Shown piece by piece: positions 1 to 11,722 of a DNA stretch of 64,000 nt. The stretch lies in contig NC_135808.1 in NCBI RefSeq assembly GCF_964213995.1, forward strand, positions 43,400,001-43,464,000. The letters are read 5' to 3'. Origin of the DNA: Mustelus asterias. Its lineage: Eukaryota. How positions within the stretch are numbered: position 1 is the first letter of the stretch; the number at the start of each line of letters is the position of its first letter. Position numbers and translations under genes: made by a program. The notes beneath the pieces are model-generated. The model was not told the origin of the DNA, did no database searches, and saw only the letters and a program-made list of their open reading frames with translations.

Positions 1-1295
1 GCTCCGGGGAAGTACTGGACAACGAAGGGTACTCTGTCCACTGTGTCCCGTGTTTGTCTTCTGAGGAGGTCGGTGCGGTTTTTCGCTGTGGCGCGTTGGA
101 ACTGTTGATCAATGAGTCTAGCGCCATATCCTGTTCTTATGAGGGCATCTTTCAGCGTCTGGAGGTGTCTGTTGCGATCCTCCTCATCCGAGCAGATCCT
201 GTGTATACGGAGGGCTTGTCCGTAGGGGATGGCTTCTTTAACGTGTTTAGGGTGGAAGCTGGAGAAGTGGAGCATCGTGAGGTTATCCGTGGGCTTGCGG
301 TACAGTGAGGTGCTGAGGTGACCGTCCTTAATGGAGATGCGCGTGTCCAAGAATGCAACCGATTCCGGAGAGTAGTCTATGGTGAGCCTGATGGTGGGAT
401 GGAACTTGTTGATGTCATCATAGAGTTGTTTCAGTGATTGTTCACCATGAGTCCAAAGGAAGAAAATGTCATCGATGTATCTAGTGTATAGCACCGGTTG
501 AAGGTCCCGTGCGGTGAAGAAGTCTTGTTCGAACCTGTGCATGAAGATGTTGGCATATTGAGGTGCAAATTTGGTCCCCATGGCTGTTCCGTGTGTCTGG
601 ATGAAGAACTGGTTGTTGAAGGTGAAGATATTGTGGTCCAGGATGAAGCGGATGAGATGTAAAATTGCATCTGGAAACTGGCAGTTGTTGGCGCTGAGCA
701 CTGAGGCCGTTGCAGCAATGCCATCGTCATGGGGGATGCTGGTGTAGAGTGCTGAGACATCCATTGTGACGAGGAGCGCTCCTGGTTCAACTGCTCCATG
801 TGTGCCGAGTTTCTGTAGGAAGTCCGTCGTGTCGCGACAAAAGCTGGGGGTTCTTTGTACAATGGGTTTCAGGATGCCCTCGACATAGCCGGAGAGGTTC
901 TCGCACAGGGTCCCATTGCCCGATACGATGGGACGGCCGGGTGTGTTTGCCTTGTGTATCTTCGGGAGGCAGTAGAGATCTCCAACGCGGGGAGTACGTG
1001 GGATGAGAGCACGGAGGGTGTTCTGAAGGTCCGGATCAAAGGTCTTGATCAGAGTGTTGAGTTGACGGGTGTGTTCTTTGGTCGGATCTGCAGGTAACTG
1101 TCTGTAGTGTTCCTCGTTGTTGAGTTGTCGGTACACTTCTTTGCAGTAATCCGTTCTGTTCAGTATGACGATGGCCCCTCCTTTGTCTGCTGGTTTGATG
1201 ACAATGTTGCGGTTGGTCTTGAGAGCGTGGATGGCGTTACGTTGTGCTTGGGTGATGTTCGGGGCTGTCTTGTGAGTGCGGCTGATGAATTTGGT
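1..1295 (-). mobile_element. Inverted (fold-back) arm of Penelope retroelement 1, running off the window start
   Basis: Reverse complement of 1558-2852 (position x pairs with 2853-x); the ORF track shows identical mirror ORFs, e.g. 54..308+ = 2545..2799- and 431..862- = 1991..2422+. Confidence 0.95.
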
Positions 1296-1302
1296 CTTGT
1301 GA

Positions 1303-3459
1303 GTGCGGCTGATGAATTTGGACCCCATCAGTCTCGCAGCAGACACAGAGGAATTCATCAGGCGAATGAGGCTGAGGGAGTTCTTCCACAAACCCCAAGA
1401 GGCCAACAACGAACACAATGAGACAGCCAATGAACTGGAACAGCCGACAGAGAGATCCGCAGTGCATCCGAAGAGGAAAGAGTCGAATTGGACTCCTCCG
1501 GAAGGCCGCTGCCCTCGACTTGACATGTATGCCCAAGCCGTCAGGAGGTGCGTCAACACCAAATTCATCAGCCGCACTCACAAGACAGCCCCGAACATCA
1601 CCCAAGCACAACGTAACGCCATCCACGCTCTCAAGACCAACCGCAACATTGTCATCAAACCAGCAGACAAAGGAGGGGCCATCGTCATACTGAACAGAAC
1701 GGATTACTGCAAAGAAGTGTACCGACAACTCAACAACGAGGAACACTACAGACAGTTACCTGCAGATCCGACCAAAGAACACACCCGTCAACTCAACACT
1801 CTGATCAAGACCTTTGATCCGGACCTTCAGAACACCCTCCGTGCTCTCATCCCACGTACTCCCCGCGTTGGAGATCTCTACTGCCTCCCGAAGATACACA
1901 AGGCAAACACACCCGGCCGTCCCATCGTATCGGGCAATGGGACCCTGTGCGAGAACCTCTCCGGCTATGTCGAGGGCATCCTGAAACCCATTGTACAAAG
2001 AACCCCCAGCTTTTGTCGCGACACGACGGACTTCCTACAGAAACTCGGCACACATGGAGCAGTTGAACCAGGAGCGCTCCTCGTCACAATGGATGTCTCA
2101 GCACTCTACACCAGCATCCCCCATGACGATGGCATTGCTGCAACGGCCTCAGTGCTCAGCGCCAACAACTGCCAGTTTCCAGATGCAATTTTACATCTCA
2201 TCCGCTTCATCCTGGACCACAATATCTTCACCTTCAACAACCAGTTCTTCATCCAGACACACGGAACAGCCATGGGGACCAAATTTGCACCTCAATATGC
2301 CAACATCTTCATGCACAGGTTCGAACAAGACTTCTTCACCGCACGGGACCTTCAACCGGTGCTATACACTAGATACATCGATGACATTTTCTTCCTTTGG
2401 ACTCATGGTGAACAATCACTGAAACAACTCTATGATGACATCAACAAGTTCCATCCCACCATCAGGCTCACCATAGACTACTCTCCGGAATCGGTTGCAT
2501 TCTTGGACACGCGCATCTCCATTAAGGACGGTCACCTCAGCACCTCACTGTACCGCAAGCCCACGGATAACCTCACGATGCTCCACTTCTCCAGCTTCCA
2601 CCCTAAACACGTTAAAGAAGCCATCCCCTACGGACAAGCCCTCCGTATACACAGGATCTGCTCGGATGAGGAGGATCGCAACAGACACCTCCAGACGCTG
2701 AAAGATGCCCTCATAAGAACAGGATATGGCGCTAGACTCATTGATCAACAGTTCCAACGCGCCACAGCGAAAAACCGCACCGACCTCCTCAGAAGACAAA
2801 CACGGGACACAGTGGACAGAGTACCCTTCGTTGTCCAGTACTTCCCCGGAGCGGAGAAGCTACGGCATCTCCTCCGGAGCCTTCAACATGTCATTGATGA
2901 AGACGAACATCTCGCCAAGGCCATCCCCACACCCCCACTTCTTGCCTTCAAACAACCGCACAACCTCAAACAGACCATTGTCCGCAGCAAACTACCCAGC
3001 CTTCAGGAGAACAGTGACCAAGACACCACACAACCCTGCCACAGCAACCTCTGCAAGACGTGCCGGATCATCGACACAGATGCCATCATCTCACGTGAGA
3101 ACACCATCCACCAGGTACACGGTACATACTCTTGCAACTCGGCCAACGTTGTCTACCTGATACGCTGCAAGAAAGGATGTCCCGAGGCATGGTACATTGG
3201 GGAAACTATGCAGACGCTGCGACAACGGATGAATGAACACCGCTCGACAATCACCAGGCAAGACTGTTCTCTTCCTGTTGGGGAGCACTTCAGCGGTCAC
3301 GGGCATTCGGCCTCTGATATTCGGGTAAGCGTTCTCCAAGGCGGCCTTCGCGACACACGACAGCGCAGAGTCGCGGAGCAGAAACTGATAGCCAAGTTCC
3401 GCACACACAAGGACGGCCTCAACCGGGATATTGGGTTTATGTCACACTATTTCACATAA
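1303..3459 (+). CDS. Penelope-like element polyprotein (reverse transcriptase + GIY-YIG endonuclease), 5'-truncated but uninterrupted
   Basis: 718-aa ORF with PLE RT motifs (IKPADKGG, YCLPKIHK, GRPIVS, MDVSALYT, GTAMG, RYIDD) and a C-terminal GIY-YIG (VVYLIRC...WYIGET..LRQRMNEH, VGEHF, GLN). Confidence 0.95.
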   Translation: MRLMNLDPISLAADTEEFIRRMRLREFFHKPQEANNEHNETANELEQPTERSAVHPKRKESNWTPPEGRCPRLDMYAQAVRRCVNTKFISRTHKTAPNITQAQRNAIHALKTNRNIVIKPADKGGAIVILNRTDYCKEVYRQLNNEEHYRQLPADPTKEHTRQLNTLIKTFDPDLQNTLRALIPRTPRVGDLYCLPKIHKANTPGRPIVSGNGTLCENLSGYVEGILKPIVQRTPSFCRDTTDFLQKLGTHGAVEPGALLVTMDVSALYTSIPHDDGIAATASVLSANNCQFPDAILHLIRFILDHNIFTFNNQFFIQTHGTAMGTKFAPQYANIFMHRFEQDFFTARDLQPVLYTRYIDDIFFLWTHGEQSLKQLYDDINKFHPTIRLTIDYSPESVAFLDTRISIKDGHLSTSLYRKPTDNLTMLHFSSFHPKHVKEAIPYGQALRIHRICSDEEDRNRHLQTLKDALIRTGYGARLIDQQFQRATAKNRTDLLRRQTRDTVDRVPFVVQYFPGAEKLRHLLRSLQHVIDEDEHLAKAIPTPPLLAFKQPHNLKQTIVRSKLPSLQENSDQDTTQPCHSNLCKTCRIIDTDAIISRENTIHQVHGTYSCNSANVVYLIRCKKGCPEAWYIGETMQTLRQRMNEHRSTITRQDCSLPVGEHFSGHGHSASDIRVSVLQGGLRDTRQRRVAEQKLIAKFRTHKDGLNRDIGFMSHYFT

Positions 3460-3872
3460 ATATTTCTGCTTTTTTCCTCCTGAGTCTTTATCATGCGATC
3501 CTAGAATCAGAATTTATGTCACACTATTTGTAACTCCCACAGTTGCGTGGACCTGCAGAGTTTCACTGGCTGTCTTGTCTGGAGACAATACACATCTTTT
3601 TAGCCTGTCTTGATGCTCTCTCCACTCCCATTGTTTTGTTTCTTAAAGACTGGATTAGTTGTAAGTATTCGCATTCCAACCATTATTCATGTAAATTGAG
3701 TCTGTGTCTTATAAGTTCTGTTTGTGAACAGAATTCCCACTCACCTGAAGAAGGGGCTCAGAGCCTCGAAAGCTTGTGTGGCTTTTGCTACCAAATAAAC
3801 CTGTTGGACTTTAACCTGGTGTTGTTAAACTTCTTACTGTGTTTACCCCAGTCCAACGCCGGCATCTCCACA
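1321..3872 (+). mobile_element. Penelope retroelement 1 (forward arm with 3' pseudo-LTR)
   Basis: RT/GIY-YIG ORF followed by a 3' segment shared with copies at 13756-14100, 15493-15831, 31619-31930 and 62954-63190, ending ...ggcatctccaca. Confidence 0.93.
3737..3781 (+). ncRNA. Minimal type I hammerhead ribozyme motif in Penelope pLTR
   Basis: cac-CTGAAGA-a-ggggct(cag)agcctc-GAAA-gctt-gtg: CUGANGA and GAAA cores, stem II, palindromic AAGCTT stem III and short stem I, as known for PLE hammerheads. Confidence 0.8.
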
Positions 3873-4609
3873 CTGGGAGGAAGGCAGGGAGCATGCAAGA
3901 GGGAGTGAAAAGCAATGTTTAAATCATTAAAGAACTGAGGAGGCCGCAAACCTTACTCACAGAGCCTTCTTTACATCATACCCAGAAGAACAACAGTGCA
4001 GACAGAGTTCTTATTTCCCTGTTTTTCAATTCAGGCAGTGTTCTTAATTCCTCAAACACAAACAGAATCTCTTAATGGGCCACTATCAGCACCTTTCTTA
4101 GCCACGAATACCACTGAGGGGGAATAAAAACCATACTAATAATTATGGAGGAAAATAGGAGCATTTTAATAACTGTGTTCAGTGAAAGGGCTAACAGAGA
4201 CAAATCACAAAAGCCGACACAATGTTTAACTGCAGGAATGCTGGGAAAGGCGTTTAAACAAGGCATTGAGAAAAGGAGTTGATTCTCCGACACAGCTGGG
4301 ATGTTTGAAGATGGTTGAAAACAATATCCAATTGGTGCAATTAAAAGTCTCATGACAATTGGATATTATAATTAAACTAGTGTAAGGTGATTCCGATTCA
4401 TTTTAAAAACTGTGCTAATCAACGAATGTGTGTGGATAGAGAACTCCCAGGCAACTTTTGTAAGCTGTGCCCAGTATATCTTCTAATTCTATCTTTTACT
4501 CTTGCTCTAAAGCTTCATTCTAACTGTTTTAAACTCTCTAACAATGCTCTAATTAAATCTCTTACAGATTTGGTGATTGTTAGGACCCTGGCAGACTTTT
4601 GAATGGACC

Positions 4610-4779
4610 TACCTTGCATTAAGTTGACCTTTTTCTACACCCCGAGCTATGTCTGTAACATTACATTCTCCACTCTCTCCTTTCCTTCTTGATGAACAGT
4701 ATGTTTTGTCTGTATAGCGTGCACAAAACAATACTTTCCACTGTATACAATACATGTAACAAGAATAAATCAAATCAAA
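4610..4779 (+). mobile_element. Rex1/Babar-type LINE 3' tail fragment
   Basis: Same 3' UTR (…caatactttccactgtatac…aataaatcaaatcaaa) as the copy at 33890-34305, which carries Rex/Babar C-terminal coding sequence. Confidence 0.6.
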
Positions 4780-5035
4780 CTTTTATTGGCATATGCTAAT
4801 TATTTGTAATCAAATTTGAACTATAATTGCTTATGTATTTCTGAATTTTTCACTCTGAATGACTTCAATCAGAGTCCTATAGCTATAGTCTTTTAATAAA
4901 TTCATCTTGAAACCAGTCCGCGACTTTGTCTCGTTACTTGACAAGATAGTCAAGTAGCGAGAATGATTGATTGGTTTTCTTGTTGCATTTAAAACTTTGT
5001 GACAGTCCTGTAACAACCACCATTTACATTCCCTT

Positions 5036-5310
5036 TTGTCATCTTGTCTGTCACATCTTTGTCAATTTCCCCGTCTCCACCTAACACTGGCCCTCTGTCC
5101 AGCCCCCATATGTTCCCCGACCCATTCCCCCCCTCACCCTAACAGTATAATTATCATCCTATTTTTCACTGTCTTCAGCTCTAACGAAGGGTCATCCAGA
5201 CTCGAAATGTTGGCTCTTTTCTCTCTCTACAGTTGCTGTCAGACCTGCAGAGATTTTCCAACATTTTTTCTTTTTGTTTCAGGTTCCAACATCAGCAGTA
5301 TTTTGCTTTT
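5036..5310 (+). mobile_element. Old pLTR of a second Penelope-like family with a decayed hammerhead core
   Basis: ctaacgaagggtcatccagactcgaaatgtt (degenerate CUGANGA..GAAA) followed by a tail also present, inverted, at about 60975-61060. Confidence 0.5.
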
Positions 5311-5464
5311 ATTCGTATTTCCTCATTTTCCTTCTGGGTTAGCAGGAAGACAAGCCTTAGTCAGTGATTGGGGAAGCAGCGAGAGGGTGTGCAGTGCAGG
5401 AAGTGGGAACTACAGCTCTATGTTGTTGTCATTTACAGAGGTGGATCCCATTTCCCTGTTGCAG

Positions 5465-5725
5465 CCTCCCACTGGTACCGCTATTTTTTCACCTCGGTGT
5501 CTGGCATCTCGGATTTCCCTGAGTTTGTATCGGTTGGTTACCTGGATGATAAGGAGCTGAATTATTATGAGAGTGGGATGAAGGAGATGGTCCCTCGACA
5601 CAGAGCGATGGAGCTGACTGCTGATGCGGAGTTTTACCAGAGGAACACACATGGCCTGCGGAGGTGGCAGCAGATTCATAAAGCCAACATGCAGGCTCTA
5701 ATGGGCCGCACCAATCAGTCTGGCG
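5465..5725 (+). CDS. MHC class I alpha1 exon
   Basis: ttgcag|CC…TGGCG|gtgag; 261 nt; ASHWYRYFFTSVSGISDFPEFVSVGYLDD…LMGRTNQSG, with Y7, R84 and the N86 glycosylation site. Confidence 0.93.
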
Positions 5726-5879
5726 GTGAGTTATCCCTCCCCCCTTCACTGTGATACTCCCTGAGGGTCAGATCTGGGAATTAGGGAAGAGGCTGACTGT
5801 GGGACTTGGTGCAGTGAGTGGATCTTGTGTTCTCGGGATTATCTACATTGAACAGCGTTCATCAGGGAGAGAAAGGGAG

Positions 5880-7130
5880 CTGGAAAAATTTAAATTCACC
5901 AATCGGATTACTGATTGGGATGCAGGAGGAATCTTTCAATTTACTGAAAGGGATCCGGGGCGAAACTTTAAATTCACTGATCAGTGTCTTGGGGGGATCT
6001 TTAAATTCACTGAGTCATAAAGCTTTACAGCATTGAAACAGGCCCTTTGGCCCAACTTGACAATGCCACTCTTTTTTTAAACCACTAAGCTTGCTTGTGT
6101 TTTGCCCATATCCCTCTATACCCATCTTACCCATGTAACTGTCTAAATGCTTTTTAAAAGACAAAATTGTATCCACCTTTACTACTACCTCTGGCAGCTT
6201 GTTCCAGACACTCACCACCCTCTGTGTGAAAATATGGCCCTTTTGGATCCTTTTGTATCGCTCCCCTCTCACCTCAAACCTATGCCCTCTAGTTTTAGAC
6301 TCTCCTACCTTTGGGAAAAGATGTTGACTATCTAGCTGATCTATGCCCTCATTATTTTATAGGCCTCTAAGATCACCGCTCAGCCTCCTGTGCTCCAGGA
6401 AAAAAAGTCCTCCTCTATCCAGCCTCTCTTTATAACTCAATCCATCAAGTCCCGGTAGCATTGAAGTAAATCTTTTCTGCACTCTTTCTAGTTTAATAAT
6501 ATCCTTTCTATAATAGGGTGACCAGAACTATACACAGTATTCCAAGTGTGGCCTGACTAATGTCTTGTTCAACTTCAACAAGACGTCCCAACTCCTGTAT
6601 TCAATGTTCTGACCAATGAAACCAAGCATGCCAAATGCTTTCTTCACCATTCTATCTACTTGTGACTCCACTTTCAAGGATCTATGAACCTGTACCCCTA
6701 TATCTCTTTGTTCTATAGCTCTCCCTAACGCCTGAATATTAAATGAGTAAGTCCTGCCCTTGTTCGATCTACCAAAATGCATCATCTCGCATTTATCTAA
6801 ATTAAACTCCATCTGCCATTCATCGGCCCACTGGCCCAATTGATTAAGGTTCTGTTGCAATCCTAGATAACATTCTTCACTGTCCACTGCCACCAATCTT
6901 ACTAACCATGCCTCTTAAATTCTCAACCAAATCATTAATATAAATGACAAATAACAGTGGACCCAGCACTGATCCCTGAGGCACACCGCTGGTCACAGGC
7001 CTCCAGTTTGAAAAACATCCCTCTACAACCACCCTCTGTCTTTTGTCATCAAGCTGATTGGAATCTAGGGTGTATCTTTAAATTTACTGATCAGGGTCCA
7101 GACGGAACCTTTAAATTCACCGATCAGTAT
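5880..7130. repeat. ~33-bp degenerate minisatellite (…ctttaaatt(c/t)actga…) split by a CR1 insertion
   Basis: About 4 units at 5880-6013 and 2 units at 7054-7130, either side of the CR1 at 6015-7053. Confidence 0.6.
6015..7053 (-). mobile_element. CR1 LINE 3' fragment
   Basis: Degenerate ORF2 C-terminus (WQMEFN.DKC, LVRPHLEYCV, FTQRVV) plus 3' tail. Confidence 0.9.
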
Positions 7131-9194
7131 ATGGGGAATGCTAATGAGCGAAATTAAGTATGGTTCTGAGGGACGGTCGAGGGTCACAGATTGTGGAGTC
7201 GATTTGAGTGGAAGTTGCAAATGCCAAAGGAAGGAAGAGAGTGGTAGGAGTGTTTTATAAGCTGCCAAAAAGTAGCCACACTGTAGGAAAAAGTTTAAAA
7301 TCAAGAAATAACAGATGCATATAAATAGAGCACTGCATTAATCATGGGCGACTTTAATTTTCATATAGATTGCTCTAATCAAATTGAAATGGCAGCCAAG
7401 AGAATGAATTCGTAGAGTGCATTCAGGATTTTTTTGGAACAATATGTTATGGAGAAAATTAGGGATCAGGCTATTTTGGATCTGGTAATGAGGTAGGTTT
7501 GATAAATGATCTCAAGGTTAACGATCCCTTAGGAAATAGTGATCACAGTATGATGGAATTTAGCATTCAGCTTGAGTGTGAGAAAATTAGGACTGAAATA
7601 TCAGTGTTAAACTTAAAGAAGGGAAATTATTAAGGCATTCGGATGGAATTAGCCTAAGTGGATTAGTCATATAGATTAGTGGAGAAGCCAGTAGATCAGT
7701 GGCTGACATGTAGGGAGATAATTCATCACTCCCAGCAAAAATACATTCCAATGAGGAGGAATGACTCAAAAGGGAAAAGAAAACCTATCATGGATAACCG
7801 GGGAAGTTAAGGAGGGCAGTAAGTTGAAAGTAGAAACATTTAAGCTGGAAAAGGTAGTGGTAGGCCAGAAAAGTGGGATAGATTCAGAATGTAGTAAAGA
7901 TGGAGTAAAAAGAAATCAGGAGAGGAAAATAAACGAAAATGATAAAAACAGACAATGAGGTTTTTTTTACATGTATTAAAAGGAAGGCAAAACTTAAAGA
8001 AAGCATTGGCTCCTTAGAGAATGAAACTGGGTAAGTAATTATGAGAAACAAAGAAATGGCAGAGGAGTTAAATAGATATTTTGCATTGGTTTTTTGCTGT
8101 AGAGGATACTACAAGCATCCCAGAAATAGAAAAAATATTTATGGGGGGAATTAAATATAATCACCATCACCAGAGAAATAGTTTTAGGAAAACTCATGAG
8201 GGTAAATGCTGACAAGCCCCCTGTAGCTGATGGTTTGTACCCCAGGTTCTGAAAGAAGGTAGCGACAGAATTTGTTTTTTGGAGCAAGCCAGGAATGAAT
8301 TTGTGTTTGCCCGGTCCATTCTGAGCATAGACTTTGTAACTTTTTAAGGATGGAGTAAAATTATTTTTTAAAAAATGATATAGCTACAGAGATCATGATG
8401 CATTGGTAGTCATTTTCCAACATTCCTTGAAATCCGGAACAGTGTGGAAGGATTGGAAAACTGCCAATTTGGTCCTCATGTTCAAAAAGGAAAGAGCCAA
8501 AATGCAGGAAACTACAGGTCAGTTAGTCTAAGTTCAGTTATTGGAAAATATTAGAATTGATTATTAAGAATAGAATATATTCACATGAGCAGTCTGGGAA
8601 TGGAGGGATACAAACGAATGGTCGAGTTGGACCAATGAGCGGCACAGGCTTGGAGGGCCGAAGGGCCTGTTTCCTGTGCTGTATTGTTCTTTGTTCTTTG
8701 TAATAGCAGTGCATTTGGAATGTCACAATCTGATCAAACAGAGTTAGCATGATTTCATGAAGGGGAAATCATGCTTTACAAAATTACCAGAGTTCTTTGA
8801 GGTATATCAGCCAGAATGGATCGAGGAGAACCAGTCGATTTTGCATCTTTAAATTTTCAAAAGGCATTTGATGGGGTGCCATAAAAAAAGCTACTATACA
8901 AGATAGGAGCTCATGGTGTTGGAAATAATATTCTGGCATGTATAGCGGATTGGCTAACTAACGGGAAACAGTGAGTAGTGATAAGGGAATCTTTCAAGGT
9001 GGAGGGTGCCACAGGGATCAGTGCTCAGACTACAGTTCTTCACAATATATATTAATGATTTGGAGGACGGAACAGAGTGTACTATTGTTAAATTTACAGA
9101 TGATTTCAAAGGGTGGGAGGGAAGGCAGGTTGTAAGGAAGATTTATATAGGTTACAGGACAATATTGATACGTTACAGACAGATATTGACAGGT

Positions 9195-10047
9195 TATTGT
9201 CGGGCAATACAGCAGGATATAGATAGGCTGGAAAATTGGGCGGAGAGGTGGCAGATGGAGTTTAATCCGGATAAATGCGAAGTGATGCATTTTGGAAGAA
9301 ATAATGTAGGGAGGAGTTATACAATAAATGGCAGAGTCATCAGGAGTATAGAAACACAGAGGGTCCTCGGTATGCAAGTCCACAAATCCTTGAAGGTGGC
9401 AACACAGGTGGAGAAGGTGGTGAAGAAGGCATATGGTATGCTTGCCTTTTATAGGACGGGATATAGAGTATAAAAGCTGGAGTCTGATGATGCAGCTGTA
9501 TAGAACGCTGGTTAGGCCACATTTGGAGTACTGCGTCCAGTTCTGGTCGCCGCACTACCAGAAGGACGTGGAGGCATTGGAGAGAGTGCAGAGAAGGTTT
9601 ACCAGGATGTTGCCTGGTATGGAGGGTTTTAGCTATGAGGAGAGATTGGGTAGACTGGGGTTGTTCTCCTTGGAAAGACGGAGAATGAGGGGAGATCTAA
9701 TAGAGGTATACAAGATTATGAAGGGTATAGATAGGGTGAACAGTGGGAAGCTTTTTCCCAGGTCGGAGGTGACGATCACGAGGGGTCACAGGCTCAAGCT
9801 GAGAGGGGCGAAGTATAACTCAGACATCAGAGGGACGTTTTTTACACAGAGGGTGGTGGGGGCCTGGAATGCGCTGCCAAGTAGGGTGGTGGAGGCAGGC
9901 ACGCTGACATCGTTTAAGACTTACCTGGATAGTCACATGAGCAGCCTGGGAATGGAGGGATACAAACGATTGGTCTAGTTGGACCAAGGAGCGGCACAGG
10001 CTTGGAGGGCCGAAGGGCCTGTTTTCCTGTGCTGTACTGTTCTTTGT
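9195..10047 (+). mobile_element. Young CR1 3' fragment nested in the older CR1
   Basis: ORF 9433..9978 is nearly identical to the C-terminus of ORF 44967..46121. Confidence 0.9.
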
Positions 10048-10182
10048 TAAGTGAGTGGGCACAAAATTGGCAAATGGACATCAATGTGTGAAAATGTGAC
10101 TTTATTCATTTTGGAAGAAAGGATGTGAAGGAGGATTATTACTTAAATGGAGAGAAACTGCAGAAAGCTGTAGCACAAAGGG

Positions 10183-10495
10183 ACATGGTGGCACAGTGGT
10201 TAGCACTGCTGCCTCACAGTGCTAGGAACCCGGGTTCAATTCCAGTCTCGAGTAACTGCCTGTCTAGAGTTTGCTTGTTCTCCCTGTGTCTGCGTAGCTT
10301 TCCCCTGGGTGCTCCAGTTTCCTCTCACAGGCCAAAGATGTGCGGGTTAGGTGGATTGGTCATGCTAAATTGCCCCTCAGTGTCAGGGGATACTAGGGTA
10401 GGGTAAATGCATAGGGTTATGGGAATAGAGCCTGGGTGGGATTATGGTCGATGCAGACTCGATGGGCCTCCTGCATTGTAGGATTCCATGATTCT
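10183..10495 (+). mobile_element. HE1-type tRNA-derived SINE
   Basis: A/B-box head (ggcacagtggttagcac…ggttcaattcc), conserved core and CR1-like tail. Confidence 0.8.
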
Positions 10496-11130
10496 AGGTG
10501 TTTGCTACAACTGTACAATGTACTAGTGAGACCACATTTAGAATAATGTGTACAGTTTGGTCCCCTCATTTAAAGAAGTATATATTATCAATGGAGGCAG
10601 TAGAGAGGAGGTTTGCTAGGATGCTCCTGGAGGGACTGTCCTTTGAGGAAAGGTTAAACAGGTCAGCTCTGTAATCCTTGGAGTTCAGAAGAATGAGAGG
10701 TGATGTGATTAAAACATACAAGATTCTTAGGGGGTTAGACAGGGTAAATGTTGGGAGGATGTTTCCACTCGGGGAGAGTGTAAGACCAGAGGACATAGTC
10801 ACAGAATTAGGGGGTGCTGGTTTAAGATGGATTTGAAGGAGAATCGCTTCTCTCAAAAAGTGGCAAAATTTTGGAATTCTTTACCCCAGGAAGCTGTGGA
10901 GTCCTTGAACATTTTCAAGGCTGAAATTGTTAGAGTTTTAATCAAATAGGGAATTCAGGGTTCTGAAGATAAGGCAGGAAAGTGGACTTGGCGAGTGTTA
11001 GATCAGCCTTGATCTTATGGCAGAGCAGGCTCGAAGGGCTAAATGGCCTACTCCAGTTCCTATTTTTTTATTGTCTTTATTCACTGAGTTTCTCCTGTTG
11101 TCTCTCTGGCTGTGCTTGTGTGATTGACAG

Positions 11131-11399
11131 GGATCCACATCTATCAGCAAATGTACGGCTGTGAGAGGATGGCAGTGCTGGCCTAGCATTTATTCAGCAT
11201 GGCTGGGATGGAAGCGATTTCATGAGCTTTGACAAGGAACACAAGGTGTGGGTCACCCCACTGACATGGGCAGTGATGAGCAAGCAGAAATGGGATCAGA
11301 ATAAAGCCTTTAACCAGCAAGAGAAGAGTTATCTGGAGGGAACATGTATCGAGTGGCTGAAAAAGTACCTGGAGTATGGAAGGAGAGATCTACGACCTG
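11131..11399 (+). CDS. MHC class I alpha2 exon (frameshifted)
   Basis: gacag|GG ATC CAC…: GIHIYQQMYGCE, then frame change to EDGSAGLAFIQHGWDGSDFMSFDKE…KQKWD…YLEGTCIEWLKKYLEYG…|gtgagt; TAG at 11184-11186 in the entry frame. Confidence 0.93.
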
Positions 11400-11722
11400 G
11401 TGAGTAAGAGAGAGAGGGGGGGGTGGGTGGGTGGGGTGGGGCAGTGGGTGGGGGTGGGGGCGGAGAGACACGTAATAGAGGCAGGACCATTAGTGATTGA
11501 GGTGTGAGGACAGAGGCTATGGTGGAGGAGGTATTTGAGAGAGGGGGGCTGTGTGGTGTGAGTGGCTGAGAGTTGGTGAGTGACTGGGTCTCAGTCTCAA
11601 CTTGAGTGGGTATTCAGTCATCTGATCTCCAATTTTATATCATTCTCTAGGGTCTTGCTTGAAGGGGTATCTATCATTCTCTGTCCCTCACTGATTGGTT
11701 CTGATTTGTTTCACTCTCTCAG

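Larger units (their letters stand above)
7310..11075 (+). mobile_element. Old decayed CR1 LINE hosting nested younger CR1 and SINE insertions
   Basis: Fragmentary EN/RT motifs (GDFN, PQGSVL, KFTDD), interrupted at about 8575-8700, 9195-10047 and 10183-10495. Confidence 0.8.

Noticed and set aside
54-3408. Many short duplicated ORFs around the palindrome
   Set aside because: Alternative-frame and antisense products of the Penelope sequence.
5368-5464. N-terminus of ORF 5368..5754, or ATG at 5420, as the MHC leader
   Set aside because: No signal-peptide character; a pyrimidine tract + AG at 5463-5464 marks it as intron.
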